A stretch of 64,000 bases of DNA from a bacterium (lineage in GTDB: Bacteria > UBA8248), in NCBI GenBank assembly GCA_965261085.1, contig OZ253442.1, positions 1,280,001 to 1,344,000 of the forward strand, in the 5' to 3' direction. Numbering within the stretch: the stretch's first letter is position 1; every line of letters starts with the position of its first letter. The notes beneath the pieces were generated by a model, which saw only the letters and a program-made list of their open reading frames with translations, ran no database searches and was not told the DNA's origin. A program made the translations under genes and the position numbers. Shown here piece after piece: positions 37,533 through 46,513 of this stretch.

Positions 37533-38414
37533 TCAATACCGCTCGGGCACGAAGGTCTGCTCGCCGATGGGGGGCCGCACGTAGGCTTGATCGGGCCGGC
37601 GCGGGGGGAGTTCGATGGGCGAGGGCGTCAAATCGTCATAGGGGATGAGGGAGAGCAGGTGGCTGATGCAGTTCAGCCGCGCGCGGCGCTTCGAATCCGC
37701 GTCCACCACGTACCAGGGGGCCTGCTTGATGTCGGTGTGGGCGAACATCTCGTCTTTCGCCTTTGAGTACTCCACCCAGCGGGTGCGCGATTCGAGGTCC
37801 ATCGGCGAGAGCTTCCAGCGCCGCGTGGGGTCTTCGATGCGCGCGTGAAAGCGGCGCTCCTGCTCCTCGTCGCTCACCGAGAACCAGTATTTGATCAGGA
37901 CTATCCCTGAGCGCGCGAGCATCCTCTCGAACGTGGGGCATGAGTGCAGGAACTCGCGGTAATCCTCATCCGTGCAAAAGCCCATCACCCGCTCCACGCC
38001 CGCGCGGTTGTACCAGGAGCGATCGAAGAGCGCCATCTCGCCCGCTGCGGGCAGGTGCGGTGCGTAGCGCTGGAAATACCACTGCGTCTGTTCGCGCTCG
38101 GTGGGCGCGGCCAGCGCCACCACGCGGCAGATGCGCGGGCTCAAGCTCTGCGTGATGCGCTTGATGACGCCGCCCTTGCCGGCCGCGTCTCGTCCCTCGA
38201 AGATGACGACGACTTTAAGGCCCTCCTTCCGTATCCACTCCTGGAGCTTTACGAGTTCTATCTGGAGCCTCGCGAGTTCGGCCTCATAGACCCTTTTGGT
38301 CAGCTTCTGGCGCGGGGCTTTTCTGGCGTCTCCCCCCCGGGTGTAGGCGGCGGCGCTCCCCTCTGCGCGCTCCGCTCCCCGGTGGTCTGTGCGGGGTTCG
38401 TTTGCTTTGCTCAT
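37533..38414 (-). CDS. ppk2: Polyphosphate kinase 2
   Basis: FEGRDAAGKGGVIKRI, WYFQRY, FDRSWYNRAGVERVMGF, WKLSPMD, KRRARLNCI. Confidence 0.95.
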   Translation of the reverse strand: MSKANEPRTDHRGAERAEGSAAAYTRGGDARKAPRQKLTKRVYEAELARLQIELVKLQEWIRKEGLKVVVIFEGRDAAGKGGVIKRITQSLSPRICRVVALAAPTEREQTQWYFQRYAPHLPAAGEMALFDRSWYNRAGVERVMGFCTDEDYREFLHSCPTFERMLARSGIVLIKYWFSVSDEEQERRFHARIEDPTRRWKLSPMDLESRTRWVEYSKAKDEMFAHTDIKQAPWYVVDADSKRRARLNCISHLLSLIPYDDLTPSPIELPPRRPDQAYVRPPIGEQTFVPERY

Positions 38415-39137
38415 GCCGGGTCGGTCCTCTTTTGTGTTGTTGGTCGTCTCGATTATGAACGCCTCGCGGGAGGCCGCGCAAGCAATAAAATAGGGGAGGC
38501 GTTGCGGCGGAGGTCTTTTCAGATGCCGCGCGGGGGGGGAGGTTGGCGAGGGCGAGGTGGACGGCGCGGGCAAGTACGTGCCGGCCATGATCGTCCTCTA
38601 CGTGGCCATCGCCCTCATCTTCACCCACGCATACTTCGCCGAGGTGAAGGCGGTGCGGAAAATAAAAGGAGCAGGTAAGCCAAAAGTGCTCGCCACGGTG
38701 AAGATCGAATTGGGCTCCTATTGACCCCTGGTCGAATATATTCTCGGTGCGTCGCTCCTTACGGAGCGGGGAGGTCCATCAACCCGGGAATTTTTCAGGC
38801 GCACAAAAATTGTGGTTTTTCGTCAAAATTTTTGTTATTATGACGTTGCGACACAGACGATGACCACAAGGCATAGGGAAGCGTAAAACTTCCCCTTGGA
38901 ACATCGACCGCAAGTGGATGGCGGGACACCTGCTTTTCAGGGCAATCCCGTACCACCATCCAGGAATATTGGACGTGAAATTGCCCGGAATGGGGAATGG
39001 TTCACCGGCTTTTCGAATCATTCCTGCTCCGGGTGTGGAACGAACGCAGGCGAGGATTGTGAAAGCGCCTGCGAAACATCACGAACGGCAACTGATTCTT
39101 TGGATTCAGTTCCCGATAACCAGAATGGGGACCAATC

Positions 39138-40301
39138 ATGACGGACGACACGAGGACGGGCGGTGCGAGAACCGACATATTCGACGGCGCCGATGGCGAC
39201 GACAATCTGGATGGCGGCGAAGGCGTCGACTTCCTCTTCGGCGGAAGCGGTGACGACACCCTCACCGGCGGCGGCGGGAGAGACTTCCTCCTGGGCGGGG
39301 GCGAAGTAGACACCATCTACGGCGGAACCGGAGATGACTGGATACGGGGCGGCAGCGGCGACGACACCATCGAGGGCGGCGAGGGCGACGACATCATCCT
39401 GGGCGACGCCGGGAACGACACCATCGACGCCGGCGCGGACGACGACACCATCATAGACGGAGGAGGCGACGACACCCTCACCGGCGGAACCGGCGAGGAC
39501 ACCTTCGCGTTCCTTCCGGGGCACGGTAGCGACACGATCACGGATTTCGACACCTCCGACGACCAGATAGACCTCTCCCAGTTCACCATGGCCATCACGT
39601 TCACACAGTTGCAAGCGAAGATGTCGACGGTCACGGATCCGAATGACGGCAACGTGGTAACGGGGGTGCAAATCGACCTCTCGGATTTCGGTGGGGGGAC
39701 GATCACGCTGGAGGGCATCACTGCCACCAGCGACCTGACCGCTGATATGTTCTGCCTGCCGGATTGCGACAGCCCGGTCGACGATCTTCTCGTGGAGAGT
39801 CCCGTCACGGGTGATGAGAACAGGAACTTTTATCTCGGCGGCACGGGCGATGGCACATTCACCACCCTGGGAGGCCATGACATCGTCTTCTCCGAAGAGG
39901 GTGATGACACCATCTACGGCGGTGAAGGCGAGGACTGGCTGGTCGGCGGCGAGGGGGCCGACACCATCGAGGGCGGCGCGGACGACGACCGGATCTATGG
40001 CGGCGAAGGCGCCGACACGATCACCGGCGGGACCGGGGACGACACGCTCACTGGCGGGGCCGGGGAGGACACATTCGTATTCAGCTCGGGTGATGGGAAC
40101 GACACGGTCACTGATTTCGAGAACGGGACGGACACTATCGATCTCTCCGCGATTACCGCCATCACCGGGTTTTCCGACCTGACGATCACACAAGAAGGCG
40201 ACGACACGAAGATCGACCTCGGCGAGAACGTGGGCGAGATCATACTCGAGGACTTCACTTCGACCAATCTGGATGCGACGGATTTCGACTTTTCGATGTG
40301 A
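39138..40301 (+). CDS. RTX/hemolysin-type Ca2+-binding repeat protein (T1SS substrate-like)
   Basis: Many GGxGxDxL/I nonapeptides in two blocks, each ending DTI/VTDF..DxIDLS; acidic; no Sec signal peptide. Confidence 0.9.
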   Translation: MTDDTRTGGARTDIFDGADGDDNLDGGEGVDFLFGGSGDDTLTGGGGRDFLLGGGEVDTIYGGTGDDWIRGGSGDDTIEGGEGDDIILGDAGNDTIDAGADDDTIIDGGGDDTLTGGTGEDTFAFLPGHGSDTITDFDTSDDQIDLSQFTMAITFTQLQAKMSTVTDPNDGNVVTGVQIDLSDFGGGTITLEGITATSDLTADMFCLPDCDSPVDDLLVESPVTGDENRNFYLGGTGDGTFTTLGGHDIVFSEEGDDTIYGGEGEDWLVGGEGADTIEGGADDDRIYGGEGADTITGGTGDDTLTGGAGEDTFVFSSGDGNDTVTDFENGTDTIDLSAITAITGFSDLTITQEGDDTKIDLGENVGEIILEDFTSTNLDATDFDFSM

Positions 40302-40421
40302 CGCGCATCGTCGCTGTGGCCAACTGCGGCGGAGGCGTGAATCGGGTGCCTTCGGAATAGACAAAACCACCCATTACAGCACCCAAGAGGGAACTCGCAG
40401 ACGCTTCGCGCCTAATCCGCC

Positions 40422-41108
40422 TCAATCGTTTCCGAGTTGGCCGACCGCCTCCTTGACCGCCGCCTCCCGCTCGGACTGACGCGCAGCGGCGCCCTCCCGC
40501 ACGGCGGCCACCATCGCCGGGTCCGCTCGCTCCGGGCTGCCGGAATCGAACGGAGGGCGCGGGTCGTACTCCATGCCGAGTTGTATCTTGCGGGCGGCTT
40601 CGGCCCCCAAATGCTCTCCAGCCACCGTCAAGGCGAAATCGATGCCGGCCGTGACGCCGCCGCCGGTGATCACGTTGCCGTCGACGACCACGCGCTCGGC
40701 CACGGGCACGCAACCGAAGGCGGCCAGCATCGGCAGCGACATCCAGTGCGACGTCGCGCGCTTGCCATGCAGCAGTCCCGCGGCGCCCAGCACCAGCGAC
40801 CCCGTGCATACGGAGGTGACGTAGCGCGCCCCCGCAGCTTGGCGGCGCACGAAGTCCAGCGTCTCTTCATCGTTCAGCAGCGGGTTCATGCCCGCGCCGC
40901 CCGGTATGCAGATGAGGTCGAGTTGCGGGCTTTCGGCAAAAGTCGTGGTCGGCAATATCTGCATGCCGCCGCCGGCCTTGACGGGCTCCAGCGTCTTCCA
41001 GATGAGATGGACGTCGGTGTCCGGGAACTTGGTGAAGACCTCGTACGGACCTGTCATATCGAGTTGGGTGAGATTGGGGAAGAGAAGAAGGCCAATCTGG
41101 AATCGCAT
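40422..41108 (-). CDS. DJ-1/PfpI family (isonitrile hydratase InhA-like)
   Basis: TQLDMTGPYEV, VTSVCTGSLVLG, ATSHW, GGVTAGIDF, IQLGMEYDP.PPF.SGSP. Confidence 0.9.
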   Translation of the reverse strand: MRFQIGLLLFPNLTQLDMTGPYEVFTKFPDTDVHLIWKTLEPVKAGGGMQILPTTTFAESPQLDLICIPGGAGMNPLLNDEETLDFVRRQAAGARYVTSVCTGSLVLGAAGLLHGKRATSHWMSLPMLAAFGCVPVAERVVVDGNVITGGGVTAGIDFALTVAGEHLGAEAARKIQLGMEYDPRPPFDSGSPERADPAMVAAVREGAAARQSEREAAVKEAVGQLGND

Positions 41109-41274
41109 GGCGAATCGGGCCCCTTTGTTATTGGATATGCAGGTAGGTTATGGGCGGCCTGCGTTTGTGTCAAGTTGTGGATCAGCCCCGACCGAGGAGG
41201 GAGGGGCTGCCAGACCGAGGAGGGAGGGGCTGCTGCGGATGAGCAACACCCCGGCTCGCAATTCCTCGCTCTCC

Positions 41275-41466
41275 GGGGTTGTTGAAAAAGACCCCTTTTT
41301 AGAGAGTAGAGGGGACACCCCTTTCGACTGGTAAAAGCATCCCCCCTGTCCCCCCTTGTCAGGGGGGTAAAGGCGATGCCCCCCGACGAGGGGGTGGAAG
41401 AAAAGCCCCCCTGACAAGGGGGGACAGGGGGGTTGCTCCCTTGACAAAGGCTTTTTCAACAACCCC
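41275..41466. mobile_element. 192-bp MITE, copy B (inverted relative to copy A)
   Basis: ggggttgttgaaaaag...ctttttcaacaacccc; flanks tctcc/tcttc (TSD with 1 mismatch). Confidence 0.88.
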
Positions 41467-41544
41467 TCTTCGCCCGGAATTGACCCCCCATGCTATAATA
41501 TCTCTCGAACCGACATCCCCCGCTCTCCTGCATGAAGGCGTCCA

Positions 41545-42759
41545 TTGGCATACCTCTCCTTCGCGTGGAAAAACCGCCGGTTTCTCGCATTCGGCCTTTT
41601 GCTCACGTTTTTTTCGTTCTTCGGGCAGTCGTATTTCATCGCCGTGTTCAACAAGGACATCAGGAGCGCCTTCGCGCTCTCACACGGCGATTTCGGCCTC
41701 GCCTACGCCGTCGCCACCGTATCGAGCGCCATGTGCCTGATATGGATTGGCCGGATGATCGACAAGACGAGGCTCAAGATTTTCGCCATCTGCGTTTGCC
41801 TCGGGCTCATCGGCGCCTGCGCGGCGATGGCGGCGGCGCCCACCTTCTGGGCTCTGTTGTTCGCCTTGTTCGCCCTGCGCTTGACGGGCCAGGGATTGAT
41901 GGTCCACACCTCGGTGACGAGCATCGGCCGGCATTTCGCCGCTGAGCGCGGACGCGCCATCAGCATCATCTCGATGGGCGGACCCTCCGGGCAGGCGGTG
42001 ATGGCGCTCGTGGCGGTAGGCTTGAGCGCGTGGTTCTCCTGGCGGCACATCTGGCTGGTGATGGCGGCCTTCTCCGCCCTCGTGCTGATTCCCTCCGTCG
42101 TCTGGCTGCTTGCGGATCATCAAGACGAACATTTAGGGCGTAAGACGCGCGCGCAGGAGGCGTCCGCCTCCGGACCCAAAGGGGTGTGGGGAAGAAGGGA
42201 GGTGCTCAAGGACTTGCGCTTCTACTTCATCATGCCCGTTTCTCTCGCTCCCTCGTTCATCGCCACAGGATTTTTCTTTCACATGGGGCACCTGGTGGAG
42301 GCCAAGGGGTGGAGCCTCGCCTTTTTCACGGGCGCGTATACGCTCTACACGGTCGCCTCCATCGGCTTGACGCTGCTCACCGGCCCCGTCGTGGACCGCA
42401 TCGGCGCGGTTAGAATTCTCCCCTGGCATCTCGCGCCCATGTGCGTCGGGCTCCTGGCGCTCGGGAGTTCTGATCACTGGATCGTCGCCGTCATCTACAT
42501 GATCATGACGGGGGTCACCGTCGGCGTGCGCATCACCATAGGCGGGGCCATCTGGGCGGAAATCTACGGGGTGGAGAATTTAGGGGCCATCCGCTCGCTC
42601 GCCACCTCGTTCATAGTGCTGTCCACGGCGCTCTCGCCCGTCGTCATGGGCTGGCTGATCGACTACGGAGTGAGCGTGGAGGCTCTCGCGCTCATGTGCC
42701 TGGCCTACGCGGTGGCGGCGTCGGTATTGAGCGGGGTGTCTCTCAAGATGCGGCGTTAG
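41545..42759 (+). CDS. MFS transporter
   Basis: FSFFGQSYFI, GRMID, RLTGQGL, RGRAISI; 12 TM pattern; extended -10 TGcTATAAT at 41491. Confidence 0.9.
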   Translation: MAYLSFAWKNRRFLAFGLLLTFFSFFGQSYFIAVFNKDIRSAFALSHGDFGLAYAVATVSSAMCLIWIGRMIDKTRLKIFAICVCLGLIGACAAMAAAPTFWALLFALFALRLTGQGLMVHTSVTSIGRHFAAERGRAISIISMGGPSGQAVMALVAVGLSAWFSWRHIWLVMAAFSALVLIPSVVWLLADHQDEHLGRKTRAQEASASGPKGVWGRREVLKDLRFYFIMPVSLAPSFIATGFFFHMGHLVEAKGWSLAFFTGAYTLYTVASIGLTLLTGPVVDRIGAVRILPWHLAPMCVGLLALGSSDHWIVAVIYMIMTGVTVGVRITIGGAIWAEIYGVENLGAIRSLATSFIVLSTALSPVVMGWLIDYGVSVEALALMCLAYAVAASVLSGVSLKMRR

Positions 42760-42829
42760 GGGGAAAGGTTTTGTTCTGCAAGGCAAAGGGAGGTTTCTTA
42801 TCGGGCGGACCCATCTCTTTTATCACGGA

Positions 42830-43099
42830 TCACTCGAACAGGTCCGAATGCGTGCCCGTTCGGATGAGAGTAACCGAGTCCTCGGCCTCATCCCAGATGA
42901 GGAGCCAGTCGGGTTCTATATGACATTCCCGGCAGGGTGACCATTCACCGGACAGGCGATGGAGTCTGTTTTGTTGATCGATCGGTTCGCCGGCGAGCAA
43001 TTTATCGACGATGCGCATGAGCTTTTCGATGTCTTTGCCGCGTTTTCTGGTTCTTCTGAGGTCTCTTTTGAACTGCGTGGTTGCGCGAAGTTCACGCAT
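42830..43099 (-). CDS. yafQ: YafQ-family toxin
   Basis: FKRDL..KRGK, H.LSGEW..CRECHIEPDWLLIW, RTGTHSDLF. Confidence 0.92.
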   Translation of the reverse strand: MRELRATTQFKRDLRRTRKRGKDIEKLMRIVDKLLAGEPIDQQNRLHRLSGEWSPCRECHIEPDWLLIWDEAEDSVTLIRTGTHSDLFE

Positions 43100-43373
43100 C
43101 GTCGAGTTCGGCGATCAACTCCTCGACGCCGCCATACGTGCTTAATCCTTCCTCGGCGCGCGCCTGCCGAATAGCTTCGCGGGTCTCCTCGTTGGGGGTC
43201 GGTTGCGGTGGCAGACCATGATGCGAGACGAGCAACTCGTAGAACAAGGGAATCGCCTTATAGAACAGCGTGATCGCTTCGGTCGGCGACAGACCGAGCG
43301 CGGAGAAAATTTTTTCGGCCTCTTGCTTCAATTCGGGATCCATCGGCGTGCGGATCATTTCCGTGTTGTCCAT
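43092..43373 (-). CDS. dinJ: DinJ/RelB antitoxin
   Basis: D.ELKQEAEKIF..LGLS..EAI.LFY..GLP..PNEET.EAI; overlaps the yafQ start. Confidence 0.88.
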   Translation of the reverse strand: MDNTEMIRTPMDPELKQEAEKIFSALGLSPTEAITLFYKAIPLFYELLVSHHGLPPQPTPNEETREAIRQARAEEGLSTYGGVEELIAELDDA

Positions 43374-43488
43374 GGCGCGCCTCCTTTCCTTAAAAATAAT
43401 CGCAATATTGGGGAAGGTCAACATACCATCAACCCGCTCATGCGTCGTTAGGAGTCAATTCCGACCGAGAAGAGGGGGCGTGCCTTTT

Positions 43489-43515
43489 GTAGGGGCGACT
43501 CTCCGTGGTCGTCCG
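43489..43515 (+). repeat. GTAG-type REP palindrome
   Basis: gtaggggcgactctccgtggtcgtcc. Confidence 0.6.
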
Positions 43516-43527
43516 TCCCCCTTCCCC

Positions 43528-43836
43528 TCAACGCCCCCGTCGTTTGGGAGGAGCGAAGCGTCGCCGCCAGCTCGCCGTCTGCGAGCGGGTGATGCGGTAG
43601 AGCATGTAGCCGCCCCCGGTCACCGAAACCAGGATGAGCGCGAAGCCTATCGTCATGGCTTTCTGAAACGGCGTGGCGCGCCTGTTTTTTTTATCCGTCA
43701 TGCCTGCTGTTTTCTGCGCAGCGGAGGTTTTCTCCGGCTGCGGCGTGACATCTGGCAGCCAGATGAAGGGAATCGCCACCATCCCCGCCACGAAGAGGAT
43801 GGGCAGTATAAGGCGCGTGAGATAAAGACGAAACAA
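43528..43836 (-). CDS. Hypothetical 2-TM membrane protein
   Basis: Two hydrophobic helices and a basic tail; GGAGG RBS before TTG. Confidence 0.6.
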   Translation of the reverse strand: MFRLYLTRLILPILFVAGMVAIPFIWLPDVTPQPEKTSAAQKTAGMTDKKNRRATPFQKAMTIGFALILVSVTGGGYMLYRITRSQTASWRRRFAPPKRRGR

Positions 43837-44135
43837 GTTGAATAAACCTCCCTGCCGGAGAACATCTATCTACGAGGCCCTCGCGAAATCATCGACCACG
43901 TCGAAGAACTCCGGTAAATCTCTCATTCGGAATATAAAGGGTGCTGTCGCGGGAATCCACCCTTCCGCCGCCGGCGCGCGGCCGCGTGGCGCGTTTCGGG
44001 CCTTGTGGGTTCGGGTGGTTTCCGTTTCGCCTGAAATGTGATGATATTCGTGTTGCGCCTGCGGTGCGCGGGCGAGCGCAATTCTTATGAATTTTCCTCT
44101 GTTTTTCATGATCCTGGCGAGGGAGGCGGCAACGG

Positions 44136-44891
44136 ATGAAACGGCCGAGAATCGGAATCACTTGTGACGTGGGCAAGAGAAATTTCCCCGAAGAACCGAA
44201 GGTGCGCCCGCGACACGTGCTCATGGACGCCTACGTGGAGTCCGTCCTCAAGGCGGGCGGAGCACCACTGCTTCTGCCCGCGGTGGAGGACGAGCAGGCG
44301 AGCGTCTCTTTGATCCTCGGCATCGACGGCCTCATCATCTCGGGCGGCGGACACGACCTCGACCCCATGCTCTACGGCGAGGCGCGCCTTCCAGAGTGCA
44401 GCCCCACGAACCCCAAGCGCGAGACGGCGGAGATGGCCGCCTGCCGGGGGGCGGTGTCGCGAGACATGCCCGTGCTCGGCATCTGCGGCGGCATGCAGGT
44501 CATCAACATCGTGGCGGGCGGCACGCTGTATCAGGACATCCCCTCCCAGGTGGAGGGCGCGCTCACGCACCGGCCCCGGAACACGGATGAGAACACCTAC
44601 ACGTTTCACGAGATAGAGATCGGCGAGTCCATCTTGGGAGAAATTCTGGGAGACGCCTCGGTGGTGAACAGCCACCACCACCAGAGCGCGCGCGAGGTGG
44701 GACCGGGCGTGCGGGTTTCGGCCAGAACGAAAGACGGCGTCATCGAGGCCATCGAATGCCCCTCGCATAATTTCGTCGTGGGCGTGCAGTGGCATCCCGA
44801 ATCGATGTCGGCCTACGGCTACGCCGACATGGACGGAGCGGCGCAGCTTTTCGCGCGCTTCGTCGATGAGGCCCGCGCCTACGGGGAATAA
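44136..44891 (+). CDS. Peptidase C26 gamma-glutamyl hydrolase (PuuD-like)
   Basis: PRIGIT, DGLIISGG.D, LGICGGMQ, VNSHHHQ, GVQWHPE. Confidence 0.92.
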   Translation: MKRPRIGITCDVGKRNFPEEPKVRPRHVLMDAYVESVLKAGGAPLLLPAVEDEQASVSLILGIDGLIISGGGHDLDPMLYGEARLPECSPTNPKRETAEMAACRGAVSRDMPVLGICGGMQVINIVAGGTLYQDIPSQVEGALTHRPRNTDENTYTFHEIEIGESILGEILGDASVVNSHHHQSAREVGPGVRVSARTKDGVIEAIECPSHNFVVGVQWHPESMSAYGYADMDGAAQLFARFVDEARAYGE

Positions 44892-44980
44892 GAAGCACCA
44901 GGCGAGGGTGATTCTCGTCGGGATTCCACTTTTCATCCGCCCATCATTCATCTTGCGTATGTGATAAGCCAAAGAGAAGT

Positions 44981-46513
44981 ATGAGAATGCGTATTCAGCC
45001 ACTGGAAATCGACGTACCCGAAGACGATCCGTTCAAAAACGATCTGCTCGGACGAGAAGAGACAGTCAAGGTTCTCACCCATATCGTCCGTTCCATCGAG
45101 GGGCCGTGCGTTCTGTCGGTCGATGCGGCATGGGGAGCCGGGAAAACCACGTTTCTCAATATCTGGGCGCAGCACCTCCGCAACGAGGGGTTTCCCGTCG
45201 TCGGGTTCAACGCTTGGGAGACGGACTTCTCCGAGGAGCCTTTCATCGCTCTTTCGACCGAATTGACGGTGGGTCTTAATCAAGAATGTGAAAAATGTGC
45301 GGATGACTCGCTAAAGGAGTCGCTAAAAAAGAAGGTTAATGATGTAAAGGGCAAAGCGAAGGAGGTCGCCCGATCACTCATTCCGGGAATCATTAAGGCT
45401 GCCGCCGCTGGCATTCCGTTAGTTGGAGGCGAATTGGGCCAAGCACTTGCTTCCTTGGCTGAAGAAAAGCTGAACGCATACGAGAAAGCGCGTATGTCGG
45501 TCAAGGATTTCAACCGCACCTTAGGGGAAATGGCGAAATCCTTATCAAAATCGAGAAAAGACCGTCCGCTGGTCATGGTGATTGACGAGTTGGACAGGTG
45601 CCGCCCTTCCTACGCCGTCGAGCTTCTTGAAGTCGCCAAACACATCTTCGCCGTGGAGCATGTCGTCTTCGTGCTGGGGGTCAATCGCTCCCAACTCGCG
45701 CATTCGGTCAAAGCGCTTTACGGGGTTGAGTTTGATGCCTTGGACTACCTAGGCCGTTTCTTTGATTTGGACTTCCGCCTCCCTGAGCCCGACCGATCTG
45801 CGTTTGTAGACTCGATGATGAAAGAAACAAGAATAAACCATTACCTGATAGAACGATGCAAAGGAATCGCTGCTTCGGAAAGAGACGAGATAGGTGGATC
45901 TCAAGAGCTGTTGCATGATTTCTTGGGAAAGATTGATCTCAGCCTTCGCGAGATTGGACAGGCTATCCACCGGCTGGGGCTAGTGTTCACATCTTTACCA
46001 AGAGACCAGTTGTTGTTTTCTGGAATGATGACAGTGATGTTCCTGCTTCGGACGAGCGACACCGATCTTTATTATCGGTTCATCGACGGCGAAGTTTCCG
46101 ATCTTGAAGTTGTGGATGCGGTGTTCAATCGCCCCGGAATCAAGACTCTTCGACACACGCCTGGAGGTCAGTTTTTTGAGCTTATGATCATCGTAGCTGC
46201 GGAGGAGAGACAGAGCGAATTGAATCAGAGTGAGCAGATATTTGAAAATTCGCGTTTGTTGGAACGATATCGTGCAGATTCTATTGGAGTGGAATCTTCT
46301 GATCAACAACACGCTAAGATAATGATTGCAAAAATTAATGCTTTCAGCCCAGGCCATACTGGCTATAGAGGGTTCAAACAGGCAGTTGAGCGGATTGAAT
46401 TGCTCTCAACCGTTCTTATAGAGCCGGAGCCGTCGCCTCTTAAATACAATGCAAGTCTGAGCAAAGCGACTGGATCGGTCAATACTCAAGCCTACCCCAA
46501 GGAACCCTCCTGA
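44981..46513 (+). CDS. KAP-family P-loop NTPase
   Basis: DLLGRE, DAAWGAGKT, FNAWETD, VIDELDRCRP..A..LLE..KH.F, YLGRFFD. Confidence 0.9.
   Translation: MRMRIQPLEIDVPEDDPFKNDLLGREETVKVLTHIVRSIEGPCVLSVDAAWGAGKTTFLNIWAQHLRNEGFPVVGFNAWETDFSEEPFIALSTELTVGLNQECEKCADDSLKESLKKKVNDVKGKAKEVARSLIPGIIKAAAAGIPLVGGELGQALASLAEEKLNAYEKARMSVKDFNRTLGEMAKSLSKSRKDRPLVMVIDELDRCRPSYAVELLEVAKHIFAVEHVVFVLGVNRSQLAHSVKALYGVEFDALDYLGRFFDLDFRLPEPDRSAFVDSMMKETRINHYLIERCKGIAASERDEIGGSQELLHDFLGKIDLSLREIGQAIHRLGLVFTSLPRDQLLFSGMMTVMFLLRTSDTDLYYRFIDGEVSDLEVVDAVFNRPGIKTLRHTPGGQFFELMIIVAAEERQSELNQSEQIFENSRLLERYRADSIGVESSDQQHAKIMIAKINAFSPGHTGYRGFKQAVERIELLSTVLIEPEPSPLKYNASLSKATGSVNTQAYPKEPS

Noticed and set aside
41190-41233. 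2x21-bp tandem gaccgaggagggaggggctgc
   Set aside because: Only two copies; most simply a local slippage duplication.
25046-41466. MITE pair as ends of one composite transposon
   Set aside because: Each copy has its own flanking duplication (gagta; tctcc/tcttc), which indicates independent insertions.
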